This document shows positions 41,986-55,155 of a DNA stretch of 64,000 bases, in pieces. Origin of the DNA: the human T2T-CHM13v2.0 reference genome, Homo sapiens; the NCBI RefSeq assembly GCF_009914755.1, contig NC_060947.1; one strand, 5' to 3'. Position 1 is the first letter of the stretch; each line of letters opens with the position of its first letter. A model generated the notes under the pieces. The model saw nothing but the letters and a program-made list of their open reading frames with translations. It did not search any database and had not been told where the DNA came from. Position numbers and translations under genes: made by a program.

Positions 41986-43427
41986 TAGACTGCTGTTGTT
42001 GTGAAGAGGAGTTTACATATGATTTGTTTAGATATAATTTGGAAGGCAATTCATGGTCACTGCACATCAGTGGAAATAAAGGATGCAGATGCTATGGCTT
42101 CAAGTAGTAATATATTGACTAACTTATGTAATGCATAACTCTAGAGAACATTTTAAATAGCACAGTGTTGAAACATTTGAAACAAATTTATTGATATAGT
42201 TTTTTTTAAGTTAAGTTTTACATCTAACATTTAAAATGATAGAACTAGGTATAGCTGGAAACAATGCCTGTTTATTTTCTTACACAGAGAATGAATTCTT
42301 TCTTCCCTTAAAACAGTGTTGGGTAATGTTCCAGAAAAGTAATTACAGGCCAGTTAGTAAATATACGCTGAGATAGTAGAATGCCAGATAGCAACAGCTA
42401 TATGTCTGCCACTACTGGTTAATCAGCTACAGAACAGACTGATTTTTTGACTTAATATGGCATAGGGACTCCATTAAGGACAGAATCTGCATCTTAATTA
42501 CTGAACATATCCCCCCCACTGTTTTCATCTGTATTTACGTATGTTTTCTTTTTTTGTTGTCTAATAGAAGACAATCAGGGTTGTGCACGATTTACAAATT
42601 GCTTCTTCACCTCCTGTCTTCCTCTTCTATTCAATAGGCTTGTCAAGCTATAAGAGATTATGAAATTTGGGGTAGTTAGAAATCACAGCCAATTCAATCT
42701 CATTTCCACACAAACCAAAGAGTAATAAATTACTTTATTGTAGCAGCTTATTGCTTTGAACCTAAATTACAGAAAAATAGCTTGGAAATTCCGTAACAAA
42801 GATGAAATAGTCTATTTGTGTAGGCATACTTCTTACAGTTTGTGTTAACTCTCAGCTCTAGCACATTTTATATGATATTTGGATATATTGGTTTGGAAGG
42901 AGACAGTCATGATCTGATGGTCTTTCTGATTTTGTTTCTCTCTAACCTTAATTGCTGAACCTATTAAAAACCCCATTTTAGGTTTAGCTGCCTTAGATTC
43001 TAGGATTATTCATGTGCTAGGTCAGGAAAATACAGAAGCTCTATGTCTGGAAATGGAAGAGTTGCCATTGACTCAACCTTGCTGCTTATCCTCTTCTTAC
43101 CTTGTATTTCTGTTCTGATAATTCAATTCTTGCCTTGTCACTGATGATCAGGACTTTCCCTCATACTCAACAATTGCTCTAGAGCTCTGCTTTGATTCTC
43201 AGCCTTCTCCTCTGTTCATTTCAAAAACAGGGAATTATTTTCATAATCTTCAATCTTTCTGTCTCCCCAGACACACTGACCACATGTCTATCCAAACAGG
43301 TATCAGATCATCCTCTTTCCAGGTAATCTGATTTGATTTTCCTCATATACCTCGGGGCATCCTGCTTTGGGATGTGAAGGATTTGTGTAAACATCTTTTG
43401 TTGACTGTTTGTTAGAAAATTTCTTCA

Positions 43428-44075
43428 TTGCCAGCTATTGGTACCCTGCTCAGATGTTCTTAACCTTCAAGCACGCCTATTTTTCCAGCTGCTAGGAGTT
43501 TTGGGTTATAACTCACAGCTACCACCATCACAACCCCTTTCTCTGGAGTATTATCTTAGGCCAGTGGTCCTAAAACATTAGCTTTCATCTGAATCACCTA
43601 GGGGGCTTATTAAAACAAAAGACTGGACTCAGAGTTTCTGATTTAGTAAGTCTAGGGTGGGGCAAGAGAAGTTGTATTCCTAACAACTTCCAAAGTGATG
43701 CTAATGCTGTTGCTCTAGATAACACATTTCAAGGGCCATTCCTCTAATCTAAATAGGAGCTTATTATTCCCTGAAGGCTCTTTGTCCTGTCTCTCCTCAG
43801 GGTAGACCACAGTGAGTGACTGATTGCCACAAGCTTATACAAGTTGGACCTCTTACCTCAAAGTGTAACTATCTACATTGTTTCATTTGTGTTTGAAAGC
43901 TGCCTAGTGGGATCAGAATTAAAGGGTCACCATCAGTAATGATATTCTGGCTAAGCATTCTTTTCTACCCTATCCTGCTTCTTCCACTCTCCTTCTCCTG
44001 AAAGTACTCTCCCAATAAATTACTTAAATAAAATCTCCATCTCAGACCATACTTCTAGGAGACGTGATATGAGAC
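43428..44075 (+). mobile_element. LTR16C-like ERVL LTR, interrupted by MER5A
   Basis: ccagctgctaggagt; ctaccctatcctgcttcttccactc ... actctcccaataaa ... aaatctccatctcaga ... gagac. Confidence 0.7.
43562..43742. mobile_element. MER5A (hAT-Charlie)
   Basis: cagtggtcc...gaatcacctagggggcttattaaaaca...cagagtttctgatttagtaagtctagggtgggg...gtgatgctaatgctg. Confidence 0.85.
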
Positions 44076-44334
44076 TTATACCTGTGGATCTATGGTTTCT
44101 GGTCTCTTTAATTCAATCTATCTATTCAATAAACTTGCATTGAATGTCTTTGAATGTCCCAGAAAGCATATGGTATATGGAAGATAATTAAGATCCAGTT
44201 TCTTTACCAAGCAACCCACCATTTGGTTCAAGGGTAGATAAGCAAATGTACAATTATAGCAGCATGATTGATACTATGCTACCTCAGTGCTGATAATTTG
44301 AGGTCCTGACTGCTTTCATCTGAGCTTTGGAGAG

Positions 44335-44690
44335 TGTCACATGCTTGATTCTCTGGGACAGAGTCTCTGAGATGGAGATTTGTGGATAGAAGGTTTATGG
44401 GGAATATTCTTAGAGATACCAGTGAGGAAGTGAGGGAAACATAATTGTGCAAATGGAGAGGCTGGGTGAGAGCTCAGGTGAAACTGGGAGGGGCTCTGGA
44501 GATGGAATGTCCCTTCAAATTTGTCCAGAATTAAGGAAAGAGATCGATCACTAGATGCAGGCTGCCCAGTAAGAGGAGCATAACATTGGAAGAAATAACT
44601 CTCTTTGGCTGAGAGATGCTTGAAGAGGATACATACAATACACACAATAAAAGTTGGTCCCTGGAGAGCCTTGCTTGTGATCATCTCAGT
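44335..44690 (-). mobile_element. LTR16C-like ERVL LTR
   Basis: ctctgagatggagatttgtggatagaaggtttatgggga; gctctggagatggaatgtcccttca; gatgcaggctgccc. Confidence 0.7.
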
Positions 44691-45518
44691 AATATATACT
44701 GGCTTCCCACCAGAAAACCATTTATCCTATTCCTCCCAACAGGAATTTTAATTGAGTTTGCTCTTAAGCACTAAATTTCTCAGATATCCCAAATGCTAAA
44801 TGCAAGCCAAACCTGAGATTTCCTGAAAATATATCCTGTAGACAGATGTGAGAGTGTTTCAAACCTTATTGAAATTACTCTGAGGAGCAATGCAGCAGGT
44901 AACAAATCTGACACACAGCAATCTTTAGAATAAACATATGCAGGCCCAGAGTTCAGAGGCTAAAGTCAATTTAATGAGAAAGCTGTCACTATTCTTTTTT
45001 ACATGAATTAAACGTATTCCAAGTTGCCCAAGTCACGGCCTAACAGTAAAGAGTCTGGCTGCAGAGCTGAGCATTTGTTTTATGTTGTTCTCAGGGTCAC
45101 TTAAAAATGAATGTGAGTTACCTGGATTGAACAGAATTCTATTTAGTGTATTCTAATATGTGGTGATAAAACTTGGGAACCTCAGTAAAGGGAACTGATT
45201 TGAATGTAAAATTGTTTATTTTGAAGTACATGTATGCCAAACACTGAAATTTTCTATTGATATTGAATATCTATCAATATTCAATATTTTCCATTAATTC
45301 TGTTGATTCTATTTGCTATTGAATATTGATATAACACCATTTAGTTTGTAAAGAGAAATATAAAATCTTAATGAATAAAGGGAAAACTATTGATAAGTCT
45401 TCATAGAGTTAATTATACACTCTTAAGACATTAGACTCAAGTAACTTCATACCTACTGAGAATAAATGCTGGAAAAATTTACAAGTTTTATTTTCCATAT
45501 TTAGTGCCAGAGAGCCAG

Positions 45519-45521
<3 letters not shown>

Positions 45522-45555
<34 letters not shown>
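45522..45555 (+). repeat. (CA)n microsatellite, about 17 units
   Basis: Directly visible. Confidence 0.95.
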
Positions 45556-45557
<2 letters not shown>

Positions 45558-45897
45558 ACAAGAATAAATAGGTTCACATGTTTCCTTGCAGTAAAGTCTG
45601 TCCTGATGGGATGGACTCTGACAATATTATGAATGAGTATGAAATAATAGCAAACTTGGCCTCTAGAAACAATCTTCCCTCTGAAATGCGTGTTTTAAAT
45701 TACCTCATGGCAAGGCCAGTGACATTCAAGGATTGGGAATGAGGTTAGAAAAATGGAAATGATTCTCCACTTCTGGGAAGGTCTTTTGCCTGATTAACGT
45801 TATGTAAACATTTTGCTGAAGAAAGAATAATTCTGCACTTTAGCCACCAAATCATTATAGAAAAACAATCCAGTTTTATGCCTCCTGTGCTCCAGTC

Positions 45898-46120
45898 CAA
45901 GGGTCAGCAAACTATGGCCCTTGAGCCAAATCCTGCTTACCACTTATTTTTGTAAATACGTTTCTATTGGAACACAGCTCTGCTAATTTGTTTACATATT
46001 GTCTATGGCTATTTTTGAGCTGCCATGGCATGGTTGAGAAGTGCAACCAAAACCATATGGCCCACAAAACCTAAAATATTTACTATCTAGCCATTTACAG
46101 AAAAATTTTGCTGATCCTTG
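45898..46120 (+). mobile_element. MER58A (hAT-Charlie), full length
   Basis: TIRs caagggtcagcaaa / tttgctgatccttg; internal tattggaacacagc and atatggcccacaaaacctaaaatatttactatct. Confidence 0.92.
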
Positions 46121-46422
46121 CTCTATTGTGTTTTAGTTCTGTGTATCCCAGGTTTACTGATAAGAATTACCTGGAGTGCCTTTCAACCAACAGCTTCTTG
46201 ATCTCCTCCTTTGGAGATTCTGATTCGGTGAATCTGAATGAGACCCAGAAATTTCTACCTTTAGCAAGTACTGGAACTTTGGGAAATACCAAGCTAGTTA
46301 TTTGACTCTCCAATATTCTAGCATACCATTTTTTATGTTCAAAAAGTCCACATTCTTTTCTTCAAATTCTTCCTCATCTCCCCACATAAATGCAAGGTAT
46401 GGACGAATGTATTGTACAGGAT

Positions 46423-47190
46423 TGTCACGGATAAGGTCGGCTAGAAGCAGTTTGTGATAATGATTAGGGTGTATGTTGTTTGTTGAGGGAGTACTCTCAG
46501 GAGTAAGGAAGTTATAGAAGCAGTATAGGAAAGGGCGATAAAGCTACAGAATGTGCTCTCATTACACATACACCATGGAATACTATGCAGCTATAAAAAA
46601 GGATGGGTTCATGTCCTTCGCAGGGACATGGATGAAGCTGGAAACCATCATTCTCAGCAAACTATCACAAGATCAGAAACCCAAACACCACATGTTCTCA
46701 CTCATAAGTGGGAGTTAAACAGTGAGAACACATGGTCACAGGGAGGGGAACATCACACACCGGGGCCTGTTTGGGGGGTGGGGGACTAGGGGAGGGATAA
46801 CATTAGGAGAAATACCTAATGTAGGTGACGGGTTGATGGGTGCAGCTAACCACCAGGGTACATGTATACCTATGTAACAAAACTGCATGTTCCGCACATG
46901 TAACCCAGAAGCTAAAGTATTAAAAAAAAAAAAAAAAAAAGAATGTGCTCTCAGCTGGAGACATGCTTCAGTCTGATCCCATGGGGACCTCTGCAGCATA
47001 AATTGAACCACAGAGTTGATCCTGCCTTCAGGCAAGAGGGCTGGCCTTTTGAGCACTCTCTTCCCATTGCCATCAGTTAGTTATTTGGATGCAGGGAGTC
47101 CTTGAACAGGGGACAGACATTAGCAGCAATCATTGAGGCACAAGTACACCTGTGGTAAAGGCAGAGGAGGGGAGAAGTATAGCATCTGGT
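46423..47190 (-). mobile_element. LTR16-family ERVL LTR, interrupted by L1PA
   Basis: tttgttgagggagtactctcaggag ... ctgatcccatggggacctctgcagc ... aggcaagagggctggcctttt. Confidence 0.6.
46562..46939 (+). mobile_element. 5'-truncated L1PA (about L1PA6-8)
   Basis: L1PA 3' UTR with G-rich tract, poly(A), perfect 14-bp TSD AGAATGTGCTCTCA at 46548-46561 and 46940-46953. Confidence 0.95.
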
Positions 47191-48329
47191 GCAGAAGTTA
47201 TACCCCCAAATGAATGAAATTTAGACTTGGAATGTGCCCTGAAGAAAGACCTATCTACAAGAGTCTTTAAAAGATAATTTTGAAATATGTTTTCAAGTTA
47301 GTAACCCTTCGGAAGTCACAAATATATTTGCTAGAACTGATACCTATCATCTTTGAAAAGTAAGAGGAAAATATGTATCAGAGAGAAGTGACTTTTCCGG
47401 TTAATAATCATTGCTTGTTGATACGTGCTTTTGACTAGGTATTTAGTAAGATCTTTTGGTTATGTTTACCTCCATTAGGATGATATGAGTTCCTTATGAA
47501 TTTAAATGCATGTGAACATTTCAGAGTCCCACCTGGAATGCGACTACTGTCAGACAATGTATTCTCTCTAGCCCCTAACATTTCATGATAGATTCACTAC
47601 AGTTGTAGAAGAATCCTTCAATAAAAGTTATGTTATGGGAATGTAAAACAAAGTTTAACCTTCCATAATTATGATTTACTTTCCAAGGAATAATCATACC
47701 TACCACTACTTGCTTATCCTCCCAACCTGCAAGGTAGGCATCAATTACCCAATCCTTACCCAAAGTCACATGTCTAGCCAATGGTGGTGTCGAATATTCT
47801 GATGAAAGAGTTCTATTGGCCCCGCTAAAGAGTTGTGGGGTTTTTTAAATCTTTAACTCAAGTTGTTTCAGTGAACCTAGAACTAAGACTTTTTCAACCA
47901 CTCCCAAATTATTGATGCTTGGGTTTTGCAACAAATGCCCTCTAAGCTCTCAGGATAAGTTGGGGGAGGAAAATGAAAACATAATAGGGTAAGGGTTGTT
48001 CTCTAACTATTCCCAGACCAGTTCTCACCTTCAAACTGCTCTCTCTCTCTGAAAGATGAGCAAAAAAAAAAAAAAAAAAAAAAAAATGTGACCTCACAAA
48101 AGGTTGTGTGACCTCAAAACCTGCCAAGAGTCCTCAGTGCAGCCCACTCTGAAGACAGTGGAACAACTCAGGAAAGAAGGTAGAGTATTTTATAGACCCT
48201 AGAGTCTTATCTCATCCCATTCTGCTTTCTGTCTTCTTGAGGCACAGTTGGCTTAACCTTTTCTTGAAGTGAAAACTATGTGAATAAGAATATTAACCCC
48301 CAAACAACTTAAAAGCACAGTCAACCGCT

Positions 48330-49105
48330 TCATCACTGGTCATTAGAGAAATGCAAATCAAAACCATGAGATACCATCTCACGCCAGTTAGAATGGCAAT
48401 CATTAAAAAGTCAGGAAACAACAGATGCTGGAGAGGATGTGGAGAAATAGGAATGCTTTTACACTGTTGGTGGGAGTGTAAATTAGTTCAACCATTGTGG
48501 AAGACAGTGTGGCGATTCCTCAAGGATCTAGAACCAGAAATACCATTTGACCCAGCAATCCCATTACTGGGTATATACCCAAAGGATTATAAATTATTCT
48601 ACTATAAAGACACATGCACATGTATGTTTACTGCAGCACTATTCACAATAGCAAAGACTTGGAACCAACCCAAATGTCCATCAATGATAGACTGGATTAA
48701 GAAAATGTGGCACATATACACCATGAAATACTATGCAGCCATAAAAAAGGATGAGTTCATGTCCTTTGCAGGAACATGGATGAAGCTGGAAACCATCATT
48801 CTCAGCAAACTAACACAGGAACAGAAACCCAAACACCGCATGTTCTCACTCATAAGTGGGAGTTGAACAATGAGAACACATGGACACAGGGAGGGGAACA
48901 TCACACACTGGGGCCTGTTATGGGGTGGGGGTCTAGGGGAGGCATAGCACTAGGAGAAATACCTAATGTAGATAACGGGTTGATGGGTGCAGCAAACTAC
49001 CATGGCACATGTATACCTATGTAACAAACCTGCACGTTCTGCACATGTATCCTAGAGCTTAAAGAAGTATAATAAAAAATAAATTAAAAAAACAAACAAA
49101 CAGAA
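48330..49105 (+). mobile_element. 5'-truncated L1PA (about L1PA7-8); ORF2 C-terminal 171 codons still open
   Basis: ORF 48351-48866 is the L1 ORF2p C-terminus ([27 protein letters not shown] ... HRMFSLISGS), followed by the 3' UTR and A tail. Confidence 0.95.
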
Positions 49106-50299
49106 AAACAGCTGACAAAACAGAATTGCCCAGCGTAACTGTATTTTTAAGTTAGCAGCAAAAATAGAATTTTGATTTTATGTCATGTATATTGGGAAAA
49201 AGGAGCAAATGATATGATGTCAGTTAAAAGAAAACTAGCATAGTTCAAGATTTTCCCATGATTCTCCTATGAACTTGAAATTCCAAACCAAACCCAGCTG
49301 AGTCCAAAGCCAGTAGTGCTCTTATCAACTTTCCATGGCAATGTCTTACAATTCTCTTTAGGCTAGGGCCAGGGGAAGAATCCATGGAATTGACCACTTG
49401 GCAGGACATTACCAAGGTAGGGGTGGCTATAGAGATTTCAGCCGAACCACCCTAGGGGATGAAGCAAGAACACAATGACCGGGGCAGCTCCAGGCTCACC
49501 TCCTCCATGAAGCTTTTCCTTCTCTCTCTAGGTAGATTAGGTGACTGCCTTCTTGGGGAAACATTAACATGGGTTAGATAATATGAGCTATTCCTATATG
49601 GCAACAAGCTAGGTGAGGAAAATGAAGATACGATGCATCTATCCCATCTCTCCAGCACCCAGGACAGAGCCACTATATCCTGGCATGCTGTAGCACAGAG
49701 TAGAGAGCCCTGCAGCATTTAGGCACATTGAACATACTTGTTGATGATATTCTGAGCCCTCTTTCCTTTAAATCATTGTTGAGTATTTTCTGGGTCAACT
49801 CACAATATAAAACCCCTGTCATAAACATTCAAAAAACTTGATAAGCTACCAGAAATGTTCAATTAAGGAACAAAAAGAAACTGAAGAGCAACAATGGACA
49901 CCTCCCCTCCTGAACTCCACCAGAGAACTTCAGTCCATTTAAAAGATGAAGCCAGTTTTAATCTATAATTTATGTCAAATTTCACTCTTAAGTCACAAGG
50001 TTAATATTTTTAGTAGAAAATGTTGATTATAACAGAAACTCAGGTATCTCATATGCACATACTCACGGTATGATTAAAGATAATCAGGTACAATTTTACT
50101 ATGAGATTGGACAATGTTTGAAGAATATCAATACTGTTTTAGTGAAAAGCAGATCAAAGTATGAAATTAAAAATATCTTTAGAATAGTAATACTTAAAAG
50201 AATTCAGTAATTGGAATGCTTATCCATGTTTTTTAATCACTCTGTTTTAAATCTGACTTTCAGTTGTTTCAAAATGACAGGTTATGTTGATTAGGTAAA

Positions 50300-51400
50300 T
50301 TATATTAGCATTTATTTGTATTTAATTTCTACATTTCCTGTTACCATCTTTTTGCCCACTTTTCTATTGGTATGCACCTTCTTTTTTATTGTATTTATTT
50401 AAGGTATGCAACATGGTGTTTTGATATACATGTACATAGTGAAATGATCACTATAGTCAACCAAATTAACATTTACCTTCCCACATAGTTACCTTTTTTG
50501 TGGTAAAAAGGGCATGCTCATTCTTATCTTTTTGATTCATATAAATGTCTTATATGTCACTTATATTAGCACTGCAATACAAATGGTTGTTTTAAATTGA
50601 TCTTCTGCCTTAAAACTTTACTTGAAAAATTAATTAAAATACTTTTTTCAGATAAATTCTGTCTTTGAATGTCTGTTTCAGAAAGGTCATATTTATCCAA
50701 GAGGAGACAAATAGCCACCTACATTTTCTCCCAGTGCTCTTAAAATTAACTGCAATATATCTGAATCTTTTGTGGCAAGATTATCTTTTTCCTTCTGTTT
50801 TTCTCAAATGAGTAACACATTTTTAACCCAATTTTGAGTGATAAATCTTTTTTGCATTGTTTTGAGATGCTATTTATAGTATGTAACAAATTCTTACGTA
50901 TGCTTGATATGCTTCTAGACTTTCTCCTATTTTGACATCTCTGTTCTTTTTTCAACACCACATCAGGACCATTCTTTTCGTGATTATTACCTCGATTTAC
51001 ATTGTGATATCTGCTGCTTCAGGCCTATTCAAACTTTCTTGACGATCCTTGCACATTTAATTCCTCTAGACTATTTTGGCATGAGTCTAATAATGTCATT
51101 GGGATCTTTATTGAGATTACATTAAAATATTTTGATTAATTTAGGAACAGCTGGCAGTTTTACAATATTAATTTTCCATTCAGAACATATGCTTTCTCTA
51201 TTTTTCGAGGCTTTTAAAACATTTCTCACTGTAAATTGTTATAGTTTTCTTAATGCAGATCTTGCACATTTCTTATAAAGTTTATTCTTATGCATTTTAT
51301 AATTTTGTTACTGTTGTAAGTAAGTTTTTTGGATCATATTTCTAATTTTTATTCCTGGGCATATAAGAAAGCTATAGCTTTATGTATACAGTGTCTATTT
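50300..51400 (-). mobile_element. Old L1M fragments, with a short L1MA 3' tail nested at about 50382-50505
   Basis: Antisense L1 motifs (cattgggatctttattgagattacattaaa; gatcttgcacatttcttataaagtttattctta; catagtgaaatgatcactatagtcaa). Confidence 0.65.
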
Positions 51401-51501
51401 TCAGACTTTTTATCAGACCGGATAGAATGAGGATCTTACCAATTTCAGTGTGGGTATAAATAGAATATTAGCACACTTGTACATTCCCTATGATTTTTTA
51501 A

Positions 51502-51882
<381 letters not shown>

Positions 51883-52133
51883 TGAATGATTTACTTTACT
51901 TCCCATCTGTGGCTGATGGGACAAAAGAAAAATTAAGAGCAATGTGATTAATGCTAAGATTGACCAACAGTTTTTAGAAAATTAAACTGCTTCCACATGA
52001 GATAATTCATGTTTTCTAGATACTTTATCTTCCAACAAGTGGTAAGTAATGAAGTAGATAAACTTCGTTGTCACTATGTTTATATTTCAAGTTTTCTGAA
52101 TGAGGCAGGCGGTGTAATGTGTATATATTATTA

Positions 52134-52432
52134 TTATTGTTTTTATTTTTGAGACACAGTCTCGCTGTGTTGCCCAGGCTGGAGTACAGTGGTGTGATCT
52201 GAGCTCACTGCAACCTCCAGCTCCTGGGTTCAAATGATTCCCCTGCCTCAGTCTCCCAAGTAGCTGGGATTACAGATGTGCACCACCATGCCCAGCTAAG
52301 TTTTGTATTTTTAGTAGAGATGGGGTTTCACCATGTTGGCCAGGCTGGTCTCGAACTCCTAACCTCAGGTGATCTGCCTGCCTGGGGCTCCCAACGTGCT
52401 GGGATTACAGGCGTGAGCCACCATGCCTGGCC
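52134..52432 (-). mobile_element. AluS (Sx-like)
   Basis: Full antisense Alu; TSD AAT(G/A)TGTATATA(T/C)TATTA. Confidence 0.95.
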
Positions 52433-52944
52433 AATATGTATATACTATTAATTAATATGAAGATATTGTTATGCTTGGATGACACCCTTCCTGTTGCTGA
52501 GGCAGGAGTTACAAATAAAACATAGCTCTTCGGTCTGCTCCCAGATCCTCCTCACTGTACTCTTGCTCACATTTTGTCCCTGACAGATGCCTAAGGGCCA
52601 CTGACCACTCCCTCAGGAAATCTCTGTAGCTATACAAGCAGCAGGCATAGAAAGAAATGAATTGTAAGCTATTCTTCTAGCACTCTAATTAGACTTTTCA
52701 GTCTAATTGCAGGAGATGAAATTGAGGCAGATCAAATTCTCAGGATGACTAGATTTGAGAATCATTACAAAGTAATACATTGACAATTACAAAGCTAGCA
52801 TGCTCCTGAGAGTAGAACTGAACCTTCCTCAGCCTCAGAGTATCAGATGTGAATAAGAATATCTCATCAACTTGTTTCACATGCTTGTCCACTTGTTTTA
52901 AAGGAGAAAATGCAAATAAATATGCTGCAAGGCAGTCTAGGTAA

Positions 52945-53190
52945 TAATTATTTACACTCTAGAGACAGACCTGGCTTCAAATCTTGACATGTACCACTTA
53001 TTAACAGCACGTTGAAAAACACATTTCTTTAATACCTAGAGCCTCCACTTCTAGCCAGAAAAGTTAAGATAATTATAGAACCTACTGAATATGGTTGTTT
53101 TGATGATAAATGAAATTATGTATGTATGAGGTCTATCCTGACGCCTTATATATAGTAAGCATGACATAATATTATGTACTGCTACTATTG
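52945..53190 (+). mobile_element. MIR SINE
   Basis: ctctagagacagacctggcttcaaatcttg...ccacttattaac ... ggttgttttgatgataaatgaaatta. Confidence 0.7.
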
Positions 53191-54539
53191 TATTTGCTAA
53201 ATCTCCAATTGTTTTAAAGTATAAAAGAGTATTATTATTTTATTAAGGACACAGAGTGGTATTCTGAGAGGAGTGGGAATCCTCAAGAGCTTTTTTCCTG
53301 GAAATTAATTTTGAAAAGAAGCTTGATGAAAATCTTGCATTTAGAGTGAGGAAGACAGTCAACTCTGAATTACATAATTATATATATGTACTGGAGACAC
53401 AGTTCGTTCCTATGATATAAGAAGGGCTGAAAAAAAAAGTTACTCCTTTATTTAATCTTAAACTGATCTGGTCTTCTTCATGAGTCCTCATCCATAAGGA
53501 AATTATATATATATTCCTTATCCAACAGAGGAAAAATAAATTCTCATTCTGGCTTAATCTGATCATTTAGGGCACAATCTCTCATAAAAAAGACAGCTTA
53601 GTCTCTCTTTCACCCTCCTTCTACTGTTACTTGTTGCAAATAAGATGATGTTCCTCCATTATATGAGGTAAAGGGGATGCTTCCTAAGCCCTCATGGTTG
53701 CAAGGAAAAATAAGTGCCCTTGGGTATCATGTCCCTTGTTTTCTGAGATAATATCCCTTGTTCTCTAGTCACTGATAAGCTTGTCAGCTGGTAGAACACA
53801 CGATCGGCCTCCTAACTAGATCAGTGCCCAATATCATTCTCTGGTTCAGTTAGATTCTTCTTAAATTGGAATGTCTCCAGACTCCCAAGTCTCTGCTGTT
53901 TCCCATTCAGCCCTCTGGCCCATGGTCCATCTCTGGCATCCTCCACTGGGGCAACTAGTTTTGCCACTGCAGGTCCACCACAAACCCCTTAGCAGTATCT
54001 AGCTAGAACTCAACATTCCTAAAGATGTGTGTGTGTATGAGTGTGTATATCCATCTATATCCATATCTGTGTCTATATACTAGACTGTCAAAAAATTTAT
54101 ATGGTAACTTTTGTTCTACGACAGCTAGGGTACATTGTGAAAGTTTCAAAGCAGAGATTATGTCTCATTTATTTTTAGCTTTCCAGCACCTCACCTGATC
54201 TCTGATATAAGCAATCAATCTGTATTCTCTTCATGATGAGAAATATTCTCCATTCTCACTGATAGCAGATTTGTGACCACTAAACACACACGCAGTACTG
54301 GTGTGAACGCACAAACTATTGAAACAACAAGCACGCAACAAGCAAGGAAATTGTCACTGCTCTATAATTTGGTGATGAGATATCTGGTTACTTTCAGACA
54401 AAAGAAAATGTCTCATAATAATAGGGTTTTGTATGATTCTTCTCTTTCTTCCAGAAATAAAAAATTTAGAAACAAAACATTGAGGGACATTTTAGGTTAA
54501 TTATGCATTTTAGAAGAGTTCCCCAGATATCATTTTTGT

Positions 54540-54700
54540 CTAATTTATTTTTCAAATTGGCATATAAAATTATATGTATTTATCTTGTACAACATAATGA
54601 TTTAAAGCATATATACATTTTAGAATGGTTAAATCCAGCTAATTAACAAATGCATTATACCTCACATAGTTATCATTTTGTGGTGATAACCCTTAACACC
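54540..54700 (-). mobile_element. L1MA 3' tail fragment
   Basis: aaattatatgtatttatcttgtacaacata ... gaatggttaaatccagctaattaac ... ctcacatagttatcattttgtggtga. Confidence 0.8.
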
Positions 54701-55010
54701 CTGGATAACTTTTGATTCAGTTTCTGAACTTGCCATGTAAAATTAGTATTTGTACTCAATCAGTTTCTTCAGTTTGGAGTATCCTTATAGTGATCCTGGG
54801 CCCAAACTAAAAGTGCATAGGGAAAGTAGCATAGTCTCTTTCCATTTGCCTCTAGTCATTTTTATGTACTGATGAACATGTAAATGCTGCTGTACAAAGT
54901 ACAAGACAGGGATGAAGACCCTGTTCTCAAATATTTCCAGGATAGGGAGAGGCTTTAATTATATTTTTTAAAGATTTTCTAAACAGAAGAAAGAAAAATC
55001 CCCATTGAGA

Positions 55011-55155
55011 GGGGAGGCAGTGGCTCATGCCTGTACTCCCAGCACTTTGGGAGACTGAGGCAGGAGGATATCTTGAGTCCAGGAGTTTAGGAGTTCAAGA
55101 CCACCTTGGGCAACAGAGTGAGATCTGATCTCTATAGAAAATAAAAATAAAAAAA
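55011..55155 (+). mobile_element. FLAM (free left Alu monomer)
   Basis: Single monomer: gtggctcatgcctgta...gaggcaggaggata..ttgagtccaggagtt...gggcaacagagtgagat followed by an A tail. Confidence 0.88.

Noticed and set aside
48351-48866. Longest ORF (171 aa) as a protein-coding gene
   Set aside because: It is the C-terminal fragment of L1 ORF2p in a 5'-truncated L1PA, with no promoter or EN/RT domains.
53640-54020. Minus-strand stretch vaguely resembling a decayed retroviral gag zinc knuckle
   Set aside because: The cysteines are absent and a frameshift is needed; not supportable without a profile search.
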